DNA of 55,395 nt, taken from the NCBI GenBank assembly GCA_964361785.1, contig CAYIBX010000005.1, positions 1 to 55,395 on the forward strand, in the 5' to 3' direction. Positions 44,293-53,759 of the stretch are shown here, one piece after another. Every line of letters begins with the position of its first letter. Position 1 is the first letter of the stretch. The notes under the pieces are model-generated. The model saw only the letters and a list, made by a program, of their open reading frames with translations. It made no database searches and was not told the origin of the DNA. The DNA comes from an uncultured Gammaproteobacteria bacterium (GTDB taxonomy: Bacteria; Patescibacteriota; Microgenomatia; UBA10105; UBA927). A program made the translations under genes and the position numbers.

Positions 44293-44892
44293 TTAGAGCA
44301 TTTCATTCATGAAAAAATGCACACAGTTTGCCCAAGAGTTGCCGTTCTGGACAGATGGTGGAGCCCATTTGGCACCAATATCGGTAAGCTCTGTAAGTCC
44401 ATGCTCATAATATTTTTCTTTGATGTATTTGCTGACCCAATCAATAGCATACATCCAATTTATAAATTTAGCTCCTGTAAGCTGACCCGTGTAGACAGAA
44501 ATACCCCATGCGTTATAGGAATCTTTTGTCGGAATTCGTTTGCCGCCCCCAGATTCACACATTGCGATAGCGGGCACTAGGCGATAGTCGAGGCCGTACT
44601 GCTCTGCTCGGTCAATGATATAGGGAGCATACGCACTCAGTGGCGATTCTTGTTTAGAAAGGTATGAGGCAAGAAGGAGTGCTCGAGCGTCCCCTGCCTG
44701 TATTGTGGCGCCCAAGACTTGCTCGCTTCCATCAATTGTCGATGCAGCCACTGGAGAATGATAGAGATGATTAGTAGTGTTTGAGTACTTGGTCGTGTTT
44801 TTGTTTATGGAGGAAAGGGCTAAAAGGTTACAAATCAATAACCCAAGTGTAAGCGGAAACCACAACAATACTAACGAGATTTTTGAACCCAT
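44293..44892 (-). CDS. Secreted lysozyme-like protein, paralog of its neighbour
   Basis: LVPAIAMCESGGG, YNAWG, IGAKWAP. Confidence 0.7.
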   Translation of the reverse strand: MGSKISLVLLWFPLTLGLLICNLLALSSINKNTTKYSNTTNHLYHSPVAASTIDGSEQVLGATIQAGDARALLLASYLSKQESPLSAYAPYIIDRAEQYGLDYRLVPAIAMCESGGGKRIPTKDSYNAWGISVYTGQLTGAKFINWMYAIDWVSKYIKEKYYEHGLTELTDIGAKWAPPSVQNGNSWANCVHFFMNEML

Positions 44893-44948
44893 GTATCCAT
44901 AGTGGCATAGGGATGGTTTTGTGTCAATGTAAAAAGTGAAGCAGCTTG

Positions 44949-45686
44949 TCAGAGGCGGAAAAACGTTCCGACAAAATAGGCGACACTTGCAGAAATTCCA
45001 CCGACAAATAGTGTTTCCATTATAGCCCTGACAGATTTTTGCTGTGAGACAATTCCTCGAAGGATGCCTAAAAGAAGGAGTGCCGCCAAGGTAGAGAAAA
45101 GAGATGCTTTAAAGAGATACTCTTTAGGCAAAGGCGTTATATACGGAAGAAGCGGTATAATTCCGAAAATTACGAAAGAAATGAAGGTTGCCATTGCGAC
45201 GTAGATGGGATGTTCTGTTTCAGGGTCTTTCATTTCCAGTTCATCCTTCATCATAAATTCGAGCCAATACGAAGGATTTAATCGATAGAGGCGTGCTATG
45301 GTGCGCGCGTCTGGTTTTGTAAATTTTTTGCGCAACAGTATCTCTACTGTTTCACTAAATTCATTGTCAGGGTCATGTATGATTTCGTGTTGCTCCTTAC
45401 TCTTGTTCATTTTATATACATCTTTATCAGCCCGGAGAGAAAGAAAGCTTCCGAGCCCCATGGATATGCCGTCTGCCAGTAAATTTGCTAATCCAAACAA
45501 TAAGACTGATAAAATTGGGACAGCTGAGGAGGTAGGGCTCGTTTGTGCGCCGGCAAATCCGGCAACCACTGCAAATGTGGTGACAATTCCATCGTTGCCG
45601 CCATAGACAATCTCCCGCAAGTATTCACTAAGCGCTGTTTTTTTGTGTTCTACCGCTAGATGTCTTTCAAGGTTAAATCTGTGCAT
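44949..45686 (-). CDS. VIT1/CCC1 family transporter
   Basis: VYGGNDGIVTTFAVVAG, ANLLADGISMG. Confidence 0.92.
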   Translation of the reverse strand: MHRFNLERHLAVEHKKTALSEYLREIVYGGNDGIVTTFAVVAGFAGAQTSPTSSAVPILSVLLFGLANLLADGISMGLGSFLSLRADKDVYKMNKSKEQHEIIHDPDNEFSETVEILLRKKFTKPDARTIARLYRLNPSYWLEFMMKDELEMKDPETEHPIYVAMATFISFVIFGIIPLLPYITPLPKEYLFKASLFSTLAALLLLGILRGIVSQQKSVRAIMETLFVGGISASVAYFVGTFFRL

Positions 45687-45698
45687 ATTTTAATTTAG

Positions 45699-45770
45699 TG
45701 GGCGCGCTGGGATTTGAACCCAGGACCAATTGCTTAAGAGGCAACTGCTCTACCGCTGAGCTACACGCCC
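45699..45770 (-). tRNA. tRNA-Lys(CTT)
   Basis: GTTGC-CTCTTAA-GCAAT anticodon arm. Confidence 0.95.
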
Positions 45771-45774
45771 TTTG

Positions 45775-45846
45775 CGCCCTCGGGAGGAATCGAACCTCCA
45801 TCACTTGTTCCGAAGACAAGCACTTTATCCGTTAAGCTACGAGGGC
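45775..45846 (-). tRNA. tRNA-Arg(TCG)
   Basis: CTTGT-CTTCGGA-ACAAG anticodon arm. Confidence 0.95.
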
Positions 45847-45847
45847 T

Positions 45848-45926
45848 TGGGGTGACTGAAGGGATTCGAACCCTCGACATCCTTCTCCACAGGAAGGCGC
45901 TCTAACCAGACTGAGCTACAGCCACC
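45848..45926 (-). tRNA. tRNA-His(GTG)
   Basis: CCTTC-CTGTGGA-GAAGG anticodon arm; encoded G-1, C73 and CCA. Confidence 0.95.
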
Positions 45927-45936
45927 ATACTACCTA

Positions 45937-47652
45937 TTATATCGTAATAAATAGTCGGAGTATATCGCGAGGCGGCAAGGTGAGCATGGTCACGATGTCA
46001 GAAAGTGTAAATGCGCCGTCGCCGTTTACGTCGATTGGATACATTCTGGGCATGAGAATCGTTGACCCCTCTACCTTAATTGTTGCGATCGTTTGTCTTG
46101 GTAGGTACTGAGGAACGAGTAATACAACACGATAGGAATTGTTTGGCATGACATTTGTTAAATCAGAGATGATACCGATGCCATTTGCTATCAAGACTCC
46201 GTGTATTTTATGAATAACCTCGTCTTTATCGTAAATCAATACCGTGGCGTCTTTTGTATCGGTTCTTTTCTTCCATCCCAGTTGTACATGAAGTTTCACC
46301 GATGGCGGTGGAATGAGTGTTATTGTGCCAGTTTGCAGAGTGACGCCTCGGTTATAGTGAGTGATGGAGAGAGTGTAGGGGAAAGTCCCTTCAATATTTG
46401 GTACGCGAAGATGAAGGCGAACTTCGCCAGTTTCCCCTGGTTCTATGGTTGGCAATGAGTCAGTAATTGAGATAAATTCCTTTGGGCCATCAATCTGTAG
46501 TGTATATCCATCTTTATGCGAAATGATAGATTGTCCTGTGTTTGAAATTTTTGACGTGAGAGTGACGGATGAATTTTTGACAAGTGCGTCAGGTATCATA
46601 GGATAATCGAGTTTGTACGATTCTCTCTGAAACGGTGTGCCGCGTGTTTTTGGTATCGTTTGATACGCAAAGTAGTGTGCGTAAAAATCGTTTGAATCTA
46701 ATTTTTTCCAAGAAAAATGATCAAACGGTAATCCTTGGTAGTTAAAGATAAATGGGGTGATTGCGACAATGGATTTATCTGCCCACGCAAAGGCAGCGGC
46801 TTGCTTGAGTGCTTCCCCTACTGCATCTGGCGACAAGAGTCCATAATTTGATGAAACACCAAACGAGTGAACCCACCCAGTTTCAGTGATGAAGATAGGA
46901 TACGCTTTAGTTACACCGAGAGATCGAAGATACGCTTGTTCCCATGCGAAGGATTGCACTGTGCCTTTTCCTGAAGCATATGCTGAACCAGAAAAGGCAG
47001 GGTTAGGATAGGAGTGAGACGTCCATCCATCCAATACTTTAAATAGCTCTGGTGTAGTGGTAAACATTGTTTTCAAATACGTTGATGCTTCAAGGGATTT
47101 ATCATCAGATGCTGCTGAGACATCAAGACCTGCTGGTAAAACGAAATAATCCTCAGAAGCACGATGAAGCGCTATTGTAAATGCGAGTGCAATTTCTGCA
47201 TATCCTTGAGGATCAATTTTTCTTCCCCACTCGTTGGCATGATTCGGTTCATTAAACAAGATTATATATCTGTTTTCTATTGGCCAATTTAGTGAGTTGA
47301 GAAATGATACCCAATCTTTTATGCCATCAACACCCGGTTTTTTCCATGCATCGCCATCTATCGTTGTTGCAAGCCGTATAATTGGAATAAGGTGATCTCG
47401 ACGCATGGTGTTAAAGACGGCCTGCCATTTTTCTTTGTTTCTATCATCTTCTTGAATAACGAGCGTCACGTATCCCCAATCACCTTCATTGCTATTTACC
47501 AACGAACTGATTTCAGAGATATCGTTTGGATCGACGATGTGTATTCCGAATTTATTATTTGGCGTATCTGAGGGATTAAACTTAGCGTTAGCTACTGGTG
47601 AAATGAAGAAAAATAGTATGAGCAGGATAAAATAATTAGCGATGCATTGCAT
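45937..47652 (-). CDS. Secreted GH-A-like glycoside hydrolase with Ig-like and dockerin/EF-hand-like tail
   Basis: FNEPN, SHSYP, FITETGW, DVNGDG. Confidence 0.7.
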   Translation of the reverse strand: MQCIANYFILLILFFFISPVANAKFNPSDTPNNKFGIHIVDPNDISEISSLVNSNEGDWGYVTLVIQEDDRNKEKWQAVFNTMRRDHLIPIIRLATTIDGDAWKKPGVDGIKDWVSFLNSLNWPIENRYIILFNEPNHANEWGRKIDPQGYAEIALAFTIALHRASEDYFVLPAGLDVSAASDDKSLEASTYLKTMFTTTPELFKVLDGWTSHSYPNPAFSGSAYASGKGTVQSFAWEQAYLRSLGVTKAYPIFITETGWVHSFGVSSNYGLLSPDAVGEALKQAAAFAWADKSIVAITPFIFNYQGLPFDHFSWKKLDSNDFYAHYFAYQTIPKTRGTPFQRESYKLDYPMIPDALVKNSSVTLTSKISNTGQSIISHKDGYTLQIDGPKEFISITDSLPTIEPGETGEVRLHLRVPNIEGTFPYTLSITHYNRGVTLQTGTITLIPPPSVKLHVQLGWKKRTDTKDATVLIYDKDEVIHKIHGVLIANGIGIISDLTNVMPNNSYRVVLLVPQYLPRQTIATIKVEGSTILMPRMYPIDVNGDGAFTLSDIVTMLTLPPRDILRLFITI

Positions 47653-47668
47653 GATAAAAACTATTCTG

Positions 47669-47740
47669 CGCTCCCAGAAGGAATCGGACCTTCATCTACT
47701 CTTTAGAAGAGAGTTGCTCTATCCATTGAGCTATGAGAGC
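47669..47740 (-). tRNA. tRNA-Arg(TCT)
   Basis: ACTCT-CTTCTAA-AGAGT anticodon arm; T-loop reads TCCGATT. Confidence 0.9.
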
Positions 47741-47771
47741 AGTATTTGTATTATACTGTATTAGTAGGTAT

Positions 47772-49484
47772 TTAATGAAGATCAGCCCTTCGTTCTTTAA
47801 GATATTTGCTCCAACTTTCAATAAAATCAAGAATTACCACCATCGGTGTTTCAATCAAAAAGGTAAAGAGTATTGCTACAATATTATATTCTTTCCATTT
47901 GGCTGCTAAAAATGAGCCTACGCGGGCAATAGGCACAGAAAGCATGTCCATAAAAAATTCAAAGATGCTAGACGAGTCATCTACTGTAAGTTCTTTGGAT
48001 TTGTTTCGGATTAAGACTGCAGCAAAAAATGTGAGTGCTATGGTAAACGTATCAAAGATGACTGATGTGATAGGAAGTTTGGCGATATAGAATATATATC
48101 CAGCACCTCCCAATACCCCAAACATCATAAACGTATAGAGTATACTAGCAAAAAGATTGAAGAATTTGTTTCTTCGCTTTTTAAGATAGACGTCATAAAG
48201 CATCATCTTTTCTCCAGAATATGTGCTTTGTGTCACTGCGGTAAGTACGCTTTTTATATTCTCGGCTCCGGGTGCTTTGATGATTGAAACTAAAAGCGCC
48301 ATGACGACAGTGGGAACGACGAAATCAATCGTTGCAGTAAACCAATTAAAGCCTTCGTAAAATATGGACGCTAGTGGTATCTCAACGATAAAAAATGTAG
48401 CCCAATTGGATAAAAACACGGAAAGTGTCGAGAAAATTGCAAGCCGCATAAGCCGAGACTTCAAGGAATGATAGCGTTTATCATAGGCAGTAGTTATTTC
48501 TTCTAGGTATCGTTCTTTGTTGCCAAATAATTTTTGTAGCTCCTCTGTCTTATCTTTATAGGTATCCAAAAGATCACCGATAAGCATATAGACAGTGTCC
48601 ATACGCTCACAAATCGCGTAAAATTGTCGAGCGAGAGGGTGTTCGAGTACATGGCTCGATCCTTCCCAAAGTGCCGGTATGTCTTTCGTATAGAGAGCGA
48701 GGTCTTCTTCTGATGGCATACTCCACGATTTGTAGGAAAATTTAATGAGTTGCGCCATGATAAATGTATCATCCAAATCAAAAAGTGTGCGGCAGACTGC
48801 TATGTAGACCTGAGTTTTTTTCTCATCGTCATTCATAGTTCCGTCTGGTCGTACTCGAATCCTGTCACTCATCATTTTCGTCATTGTTTCTAGAAGTACG
48901 CGTTCTTTGACTGGCGTGGTAAGGATTTCCTCAATTTCGCACGCGGCAAGTTCAATAATAAACATGGCAAAATTGATTTGCTGTTTTAATGGGATGTGCT
49001 CAAATTTTGTAAATTTGGCATGCGCGAGGATGTATAAATATTTTTTGAGAGCAGTCTCAATTACAACGACACTTTCTTCCGGTATTTCATCGTTTAGAAG
49101 ATGTCCGCCGCGAATAAGGTCAGCTGTGATGGTATAGGCTACTCGATAGGTATCCACGTTTGGGGTGAGGGTGAGTTTAGAAAGTTTGGGAAACAATGTG
49201 CGCTTAAGGACTCTCTCTGTAGCACTTCGACGGAGTGCGTTATCCTCTTTCCAGTCGACAACCTTTCGTATCATTTCGTAAAATTTGGCGACACGAAGGG
49301 CAATATCATCTATATGGATTGGTGTAACTGCTTTTTTTGCCAAATTTAGCCCCGAGATGTAGTCATCAAGCATTTTCTGAATATGGGGAAGGAGCTCACG
49401 TATAGGCGCACCTTCTTCAACTGCAACAAGGGGCAAAATTTCGCGGGTCTCTCCTTTTTCTTCGTGGTCTTTTGTGTCTGACAT
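47772..49484 (-). CDS. Hypothetical membrane protein
   Basis: Long ORF with helical N-terminal part and several C-terminal TM segments. Confidence 0.7.
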   Translation of the reverse strand: MSDTKDHEEKGETREILPLVAVEEGAPIRELLPHIQKMLDDYISGLNLAKKAVTPIHIDDIALRVAKFYEMIRKVVDWKEDNALRRSATERVLKRTLFPKLSKLTLTPNVDTYRVAYTITADLIRGGHLLNDEIPEESVVVIETALKKYLYILAHAKFTKFEHIPLKQQINFAMFIIELAACEIEEILTTPVKERVLLETMTKMMSDRIRVRPDGTMNDDEKKTQVYIAVCRTLFDLDDTFIMAQLIKFSYKSWSMPSEEDLALYTKDIPALWEGSSHVLEHPLARQFYAICERMDTVYMLIGDLLDTYKDKTEELQKLFGNKERYLEEITTAYDKRYHSLKSRLMRLAIFSTLSVFLSNWATFFIVEIPLASIFYEGFNWFTATIDFVVPTVVMALLVSIIKAPGAENIKSVLTAVTQSTYSGEKMMLYDVYLKKRRNKFFNLFASILYTFMMFGVLGGAGYIFYIAKLPITSVIFDTFTIALTFFAAVLIRNKSKELTVDDSSSIFEFFMDMLSVPIARVGSFLAAKWKEYNIVAILFTFLIETPMVVILDFIESWSKYLKERRADLH

Positions 49485-49512
49485 AGAGTACTCTTTAAAA
49501 GAAAATCTTGTG

Positions 49513-49583
49513 AGCGGATGAAGGGAATCGAACCCTCGTCACCAGTTTGGAAAACTGGCGCTCTACCATTGAGCTACACCCGC
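49513..49583 (-). tRNA. tRNA-Gly(TCC)
   Basis: CCAGT-TTTCCAA-ACTGG anticodon arm; U73. Confidence 0.95.
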
Positions 49584-49586
49584 AAT

Positions 49587-49638
49587 TCTACCATTGTCAG
49601 CCCAAGGCTGATCGTCCTTTGGACGAAGCTACACCCGC
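49587..49638 (-). repeat. Duplicated tRNA-Gly 5' end interrupted by the 30-nt double-hairpin element
   Basis: GCGGGTGTAGCT[TCGTCCAAAGGACGATCAGCCTTGGGCTGA]CAATGGTAGA, 3 nt upstream of the intact GCGGGTGTAGCTCAATGGTAGA. Confidence 0.9.
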
Positions 49639-49686
49639 TGAGTGTCTTAGGTATTATATCTTGTTTTTCCATCCTTGTCTTTTTCA

Positions 49687-50124
49687 CTACCGATCGAGAA
49701 ATTGCACCGAATCTCCTATGTTGATGCCCGTTGATTGGATAATTCCTGCATTTACTTCAAGTATTTTATCAGCTACTGTATCGGGCTTAACGATAGCTGG
49801 CAAAAGGCCTGTGGGGGCAGGTATATTTTCGCGCAAGTCAACCACTGTATTATCTTTTATCCAGATAAAATCGAGAGGAAACTTCATGCCTTTCATCCAA
49901 AACTCATATTTTTCTTTGTGATCGTACACAAAAAGCATGCCATGATTTGAAGCGAGACTGTCCCTACCGCCTAAACCTTTCATTTTTTCAAAAGAAGTCA
50001 CGGCAACATCGACAGAGAATGTGTGTGTGCCTATGCGTACTTTTGCTATCAATGGATTTTTTCGATAGTAGAGCCCGTAAAGCAAAAGAATACTTACGAT
50101 AATAACGATTACATAGAGTTTCAT
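49687..50124 (-). CDS. DUF192 family protein
   Basis: GLGGR...GMLFVY...FWMKGMKFPLDFIWI...LEVNAG. Confidence 0.9.
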   Translation of the reverse strand: MKLYVIVIIVSILLLYGLYYRKNPLIAKVRIGTHTFSVDVAVTSFEKMKGLGGRDSLASNHGMLFVYDHKEKYEFWMKGMKFPLDFIWIKDNTVVDLRENIPAPTGLLPAIVKPDTVADKILEVNAGIIQSTGINIGDSVQFLDR

Positions 50125-50128
50125 ATGA

Positions 50129-51094
50129 TTATTCCTCCCGCATGCCGCAAAATTCGATAAGTTCTTTTAATGTTTGTTTGTAGATATTCTCGATTGGCAG
50201 TTTCTGGAGAGTTTGTTTCGCCAGATCTTCATAATGCTTCATTATTTTTTGAATTAGAATAAATGCAGTACTCTTCGGATAGTCTGCTGAATTTTCTTCT
50301 TGAAGAAATAAGCGGATAAGGGTTTGCTTCTTATTTTTTTCATCTGATCCAATTGGTTTACCGGTCTTTATAATGTCCCCCATGACGCTGAGCTCATCGT
50401 CACGAATTTGAAAGAGTATACCTATAGACTGTCCGAGTGATTCTAAGATTTTAAGTGTAGATACGTCAGTGTTTGCTAATAGTCCTCCCATAATAAGAGG
50501 CAAAGAAAATGTGTATCGTGCTGTTTTGGTGCGATATAACGAAATAATTTCTTCTTCGGTTGATTTATACGGAAGATATGATGACGCGACATCAAACTGT
50601 TGTGCGACCGTTACAGTCGCAAATTCTTGACTTGCGAGAGAAATAAGGTAAGACGAATTTGGTGAAGTTATTTTGGAAAACTGTTCAAATGCCAAAAAGA
50701 AACACAAATCACCTATATTTATCGCCATACCTTCACCAAAGTGTTTGTCAGTAGAAAACTGATCAAATTGTCTGTGCATCGATTTTAGATGACGTCTCAT
50801 GTCATCTTGATCCATAATGTCGTCGTGGATAAGAGCGCCAGCGTGAATGAATTCGAGACCCGCTGCTAAGGGGAGAGCAATCTTTATCTGGTTACTTTTT
50901 GCAAACATATTGTAGGAGAAAAGCGCCAAACACCCTCTTACACTTTTACCTGCGGTAATAAAGGGCAATAGTCGAGTAATACTTTCTTTTCCCCATGAGT
51001 TTATGCCACCCAGTGCTGTTTTTTTTTCGGTAAGAAATGCAGTGAGATACTCGTCTAGGACTTTTTTATGGGCAAATAGATTATCAAGAACCAT
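50129..51094 (-). CDS. Polyprenyl diphosphate synthase
   Basis: GKSVR, LIHDDIMDQDDMRR, KTA.Y, FQIRDD. Confidence 0.92.
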   Translation of the reverse strand: MVLDNLFAHKKVLDEYLTAFLTEKKTALGGINSWGKESITRLLPFITAGKSVRGCLALFSYNMFAKSNQIKIALPLAAGLEFIHAGALIHDDIMDQDDMRRHLKSMHRQFDQFSTDKHFGEGMAINIGDLCFFLAFEQFSKITSPNSSYLISLASQEFATVTVAQQFDVASSYLPYKSTEEEIISLYRTKTARYTFSLPLIMGGLLANTDVSTLKILESLGQSIGILFQIRDDELSVMGDIIKTGKPIGSDEKNKKQTLIRLFLQEENSADYPKSTAFILIQKIMKHYEDLAKQTLQKLPIENIYKQTLKELIEFCGMREE

Positions 51095-51153
51095 AGTACC
51101 GTTATTGTATAAGGTTTGGTACAATAATGCAGTACGCGGGACAAAAAATATTT

Positions 51154-51218
51154 CGGGACGCAAGTTTCTTCCAGAGGGCTATCAACCTTTGGTTGAAGCC
51201 TATGGTTGACAGTTGGTA
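51154..51218 (+). repeat. Duplicated tRNA-Pro 5' end interrupted by a 43-nt triple-hairpin insert
   Basis: CGGGACGCAAGTT[TCTTCCAGAGGGCTA TCAACCTTTGGTTGA AGCCTATGGTTGA]CAGTTGGTA versus intact CGGGACGTAGTTCAGTTGGTA. Confidence 0.75.
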
Positions 51219-51227
51219 CATATATAT

Positions 51228-51303
51228 CGGGACGTAGTTCAGTTGGTAGAATGCGCGCTTTGGGAGCGTGAGGTCGAGAGTTCGAATCTCTCCGTCCCGA
51301 CCA
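51228..51303 (+). tRNA. tRNA-Pro(TGG)
   Basis: CGCGC-TTTGGGA-GCGTG anticodon arm; CCA encoded. Confidence 0.95.
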
Positions 51304-51312
51304 AACACCAAA

Positions 51313-51630
51313 TCAAACGAAATGATAGAGCTGTGCTGATAAATCTACCTTGTTTGATGAAATAAAGGTTATGCCTTCAAGTTCCAATCGATTTTTCTGT
51401 TCATCTGGTCCCCCAAATACGTATCCAGATGCAAGTCTGCCATCGGAAAATACGACGCGATGACAGGGCACAGTCGTAGCGTCAGTATTTGCATGCAGCG
51501 CATGACCCACGCGCCGAGCGTCTTTAGTTCCCATTGCCTTTGCTATTTCTCCGTACGTGGTGACATACCCCACAGGAACACGTTTCACGAGTGTATAGAC
51601 GCGTTGGAAAAATGGCAACGTTGTATCCAT
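51313..51630 (-). CDS. O6-alkylguanine DNA alkyltransferase-family (MGMT) protein
   Basis: TTYGEIA, ARRVG, VPCHRVV. Confidence 0.88.
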   Translation of the reverse strand: MDTTLPFFQRVYTLVKRVPVGYVTTYGEIAKAMGTKDARRVGHALHANTDATTVPCHRVVFSDGRLASGYVFGGPDEQKNRLELEGITFISSNKVDLSAQLYHFV

Positions 51631-51640
51631 GAACGTATTG

Positions 51641-52315
51641 TTATACTAACGTATTACCAAATGCAAACATTTTATCGACCAACTGTTGTTTTAGATCCAT
51701 ATCAGCCTTGCCAGGTATTTCTGGATTGAGAACCCGATCTGATTTATGATCCATGATAAGCCAACGCATAGAAAATCCTGTGTCGTGATGCCCAAGTATT
51801 GGTGTGTGGATATATCCTTTTTCTACGTGCAGGGCCAATTTTTTGTCGGCTGGATCATCAATACCGGTAAAAAGGCTCGCGTTGGTTTGCGTAACCAAAT
51901 TTCGATATACTTGTAATTGCTCGTGAGACAAACTGTGAGAATCATACATATAAAATGACGTACGTCGGTCAGGATCTTCGTGAAACGCAATACAGAGTGA
52001 GAATGCAAACGGTTCTAAAATTTTTATGGCCGTTATAACTTCTGGATCAGTTGGGTTATGGACGAATTCACGATTCAAATCGTGTCCGAACATATTGCGT
52101 CTCGTTTTTAACCTTACTGCGGAGGGGCTTAATTTAGGAATATAGACGTAATCAGGGAGTGAAGGTTGATGCGAGTCTATGTACTCTGTCACACAGCCAG
52201 TCACTTCCAATTCATCACCATGAGTGCCGGACAATATCAACAGTTTTGGATGAGCGCCGCGAACATGGTATGAAGTTTGTTTTAAAGTGCGCGTGACAAT
52301 TGGCATGGTTGACAT
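51641..52315 (-). CDS. M14-type metallopeptidase / succinylglutamate desuccinylase-aspartoacylase family protein
   Basis: GTHGDE, RRN...DLNR, FHED; real start lies downstream of tRNA-Leu. Confidence 0.75.
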   Translation of the reverse strand: MSTMPIVTRTLKQTSYHVRGAHPKLLILSGTHGDELEVTGCVTEYIDSHQPSLPDYVYIPKLSPSAVRLKTRRNMFGHDLNREFVHNPTDPEVITAIKILEPFAFSLCIAFHEDPDRRTSFYMYDSHSLSHEQLQVYRNLVTQTNASLFTGIDDPADKKLALHVEKGYIHTPILGHHDTGFSMRWLIMDHKSDRVLNPEIPGKADMDLKQQLVDKMFAFGNTLV

Positions 52316-52322
52316 ATTTTTG

Positions 52323-52407
52323 TGCCGGGGGTGGGACTCGAACCCACACGAGGGTTTAATCTCACAAGATTTTAAGTCTTGCGCGTATACCATTTCGCCA
52401 CCTCGGC
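52323..52407 (-). tRNA. tRNA-Leu(TAA)
   Basis: CAAGA-CTTAAAA-TCTTG anticodon arm; no intron. Confidence 0.95.
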
Positions 52408-52434
52408 ATTAGCTTTCGCTATTATACCAATAAA

Positions 52435-53421
52435 CTACTCTTGTGTAAGTATCTTTGGAATTGATGAGTGAATTTTCGTTAATTTGCCGATATAAAACCC
52501 TTCCATAGTAGGACTTGGGGTTACTCGTTTCGTTTGGACAATTGATTTATGATATTTTTTATCTCCCCAATTCACAAGCCCTTGTGTGAGCGGAGCGTTT
52601 TGAAGATCTATGGGGACAACTTGCACATTCCCCTTTTCTTTTTTAAGCACCCAATCTATGACTTGTTCGTTTTCTTCTGGAGAGAGTGTACAGGTTGAAT
52701 ACACAATGGTGCCGCCAGCTTTTGTGGCACTTATGGCTGAGCGTAATATCCATTTTTGCAAAGACATCATGTCTTTTATCTTTTTCAGAGACCAATCTTT
52801 ATAGGAGTCAGGTTGGTCACATGAAAACCTAGCTTCCATGCTACAAGGTACATCCGCGAGCGTGCAATCGAAGAATTCTGGATATTTTTGCCAGATACTT
52901 CTCGCATCATTTTCGACTATTCGTACGCTTCGGGCATCTTGACGTTCTCTATTGGCTTGTAATCGGTAAATTCTAATTCTACTTGAATCATTTGCCGTAA
53001 TACGACCACGATTTTTCATATAAACGGCGAGTTGTGTAGCTTTACTTCCGGGTGCTGCGCAAATATCCAACACCTTATCCGTGTCTTTGGGCGCGAGTAC
53101 AAGAGCGGGAATCATGCTTGATAAATTTTGAATATAAATTTGTCCTTTGGTATATTGCACAGTGTCAGTAAGTTCTCGAAGTGTTTTTGATTTGAGAATA
53201 AACGCTTCGTAGTACCATGCAACGGGTTCGGTTTCAAATCCTTGCGCATTAAGAGCTAGGATAACTTCATTTACCGATAATTTAATGGTATTTACACGAA
53301 ACGTCGTAGGCTTTGGCGCCTTGAATGTATCTAAGATTTGGTTGGTGCTATTTCCATAGAGCTGTGTGAGTCTTCGAATAAATTCTACAGGAAGTGGTGA
53401 TATGAGGTTTTGATCTGTCAT
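52435..53421 (-). CDS. RsmB/RsmF (NOL1/NOP2) RNA m5C methyltransferase
   Basis: YIQNLSSM, DICAAPGSK, DVPCS, YSTCTLSPEENE. Confidence 0.92.
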   Translation of the reverse strand: MTDQNLISPLPVEFIRRLTQLYGNSTNQILDTFKAPKPTTFRVNTIKLSVNEVILALNAQGFETEPVAWYYEAFILKSKTLRELTDTVQYTKGQIYIQNLSSMIPALVLAPKDTDKVLDICAAPGSKATQLAVYMKNRGRITANDSSRIRIYRLQANRERQDARSVRIVENDARSIWQKYPEFFDCTLADVPCSMEARFSCDQPDSYKDWSLKKIKDMMSLQKWILRSAISATKAGGTIVYSTCTLSPEENEQVIDWVLKKEKGNVQVVPIDLQNAPLTQGLVNWGDKKYHKSIVQTKRVTPSPTMEGFYIGKLTKIHSSIPKILTQE

Positions 53422-53479
53422 AGGTACTTCTATTGTACCGCGTTCGGATAGCGCGTTGCTATGGTATACTTTCGTCATA

Positions 53480-53561
53480 GCCGAAGTGGCGAAACTGGTA
53501 GACGCGCACGCTTCAGGTGCGTGTGGGGCAACCTTTGGAGGTTCGAGTCCTCTCTTCGGCA
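53480..53561 (+). tRNA. tRNA-Leu(CAG)
   Basis: CACGC-TTCAGGT-GCGTG anticodon arm. Confidence 0.95.
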
Positions 53562-53593
53562 CAAGGATTTTAAATGATATAATGCAAAATATT

Positions 53594-53664
53594 GCGGTTG
53601 TGGTTCAATGGTAGAACACGTCCTTGCCAAGGATGAGGCGGGAGTTCGATTCTCCTCAGCCGCT
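53594..53664 (+). tRNA. tRNA-Gly(GCC)
   Basis: CGTCC-TTGCCAA-GGATG anticodon arm. Confidence 0.95.
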
Positions 53665-53683
53665 CATGAAGTTGTATAAAAAA

Positions 53684-53759
53684 TGCCGAGTGGTGTAACG
53701 GTAACACGCCTGACTTTGGATCAGCGCGACTCTAGGTTCGAATCCTAGCTCGGCAGCCA
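53684..53759 (+). tRNA. tRNA-Gln(TTG)
   Basis: TGCCGAG/CTCGGCA acceptor; CTGA-CTTTGGA-TCAG; CCA encoded. Confidence 0.92.

Noticed and set aside
44227-44580. Antisense and alternate-frame ORFs in the track (this one and many similar)
   Set aside because: They are shadows of well-supported genes and show no motifs of their own
52316-53562. Long N-termini of ORFs 51641..52393 and 52435..53562 (likewise 42609..43505)
   Set aside because: The extensions run through tRNA genes, so downstream ATGs were chosen
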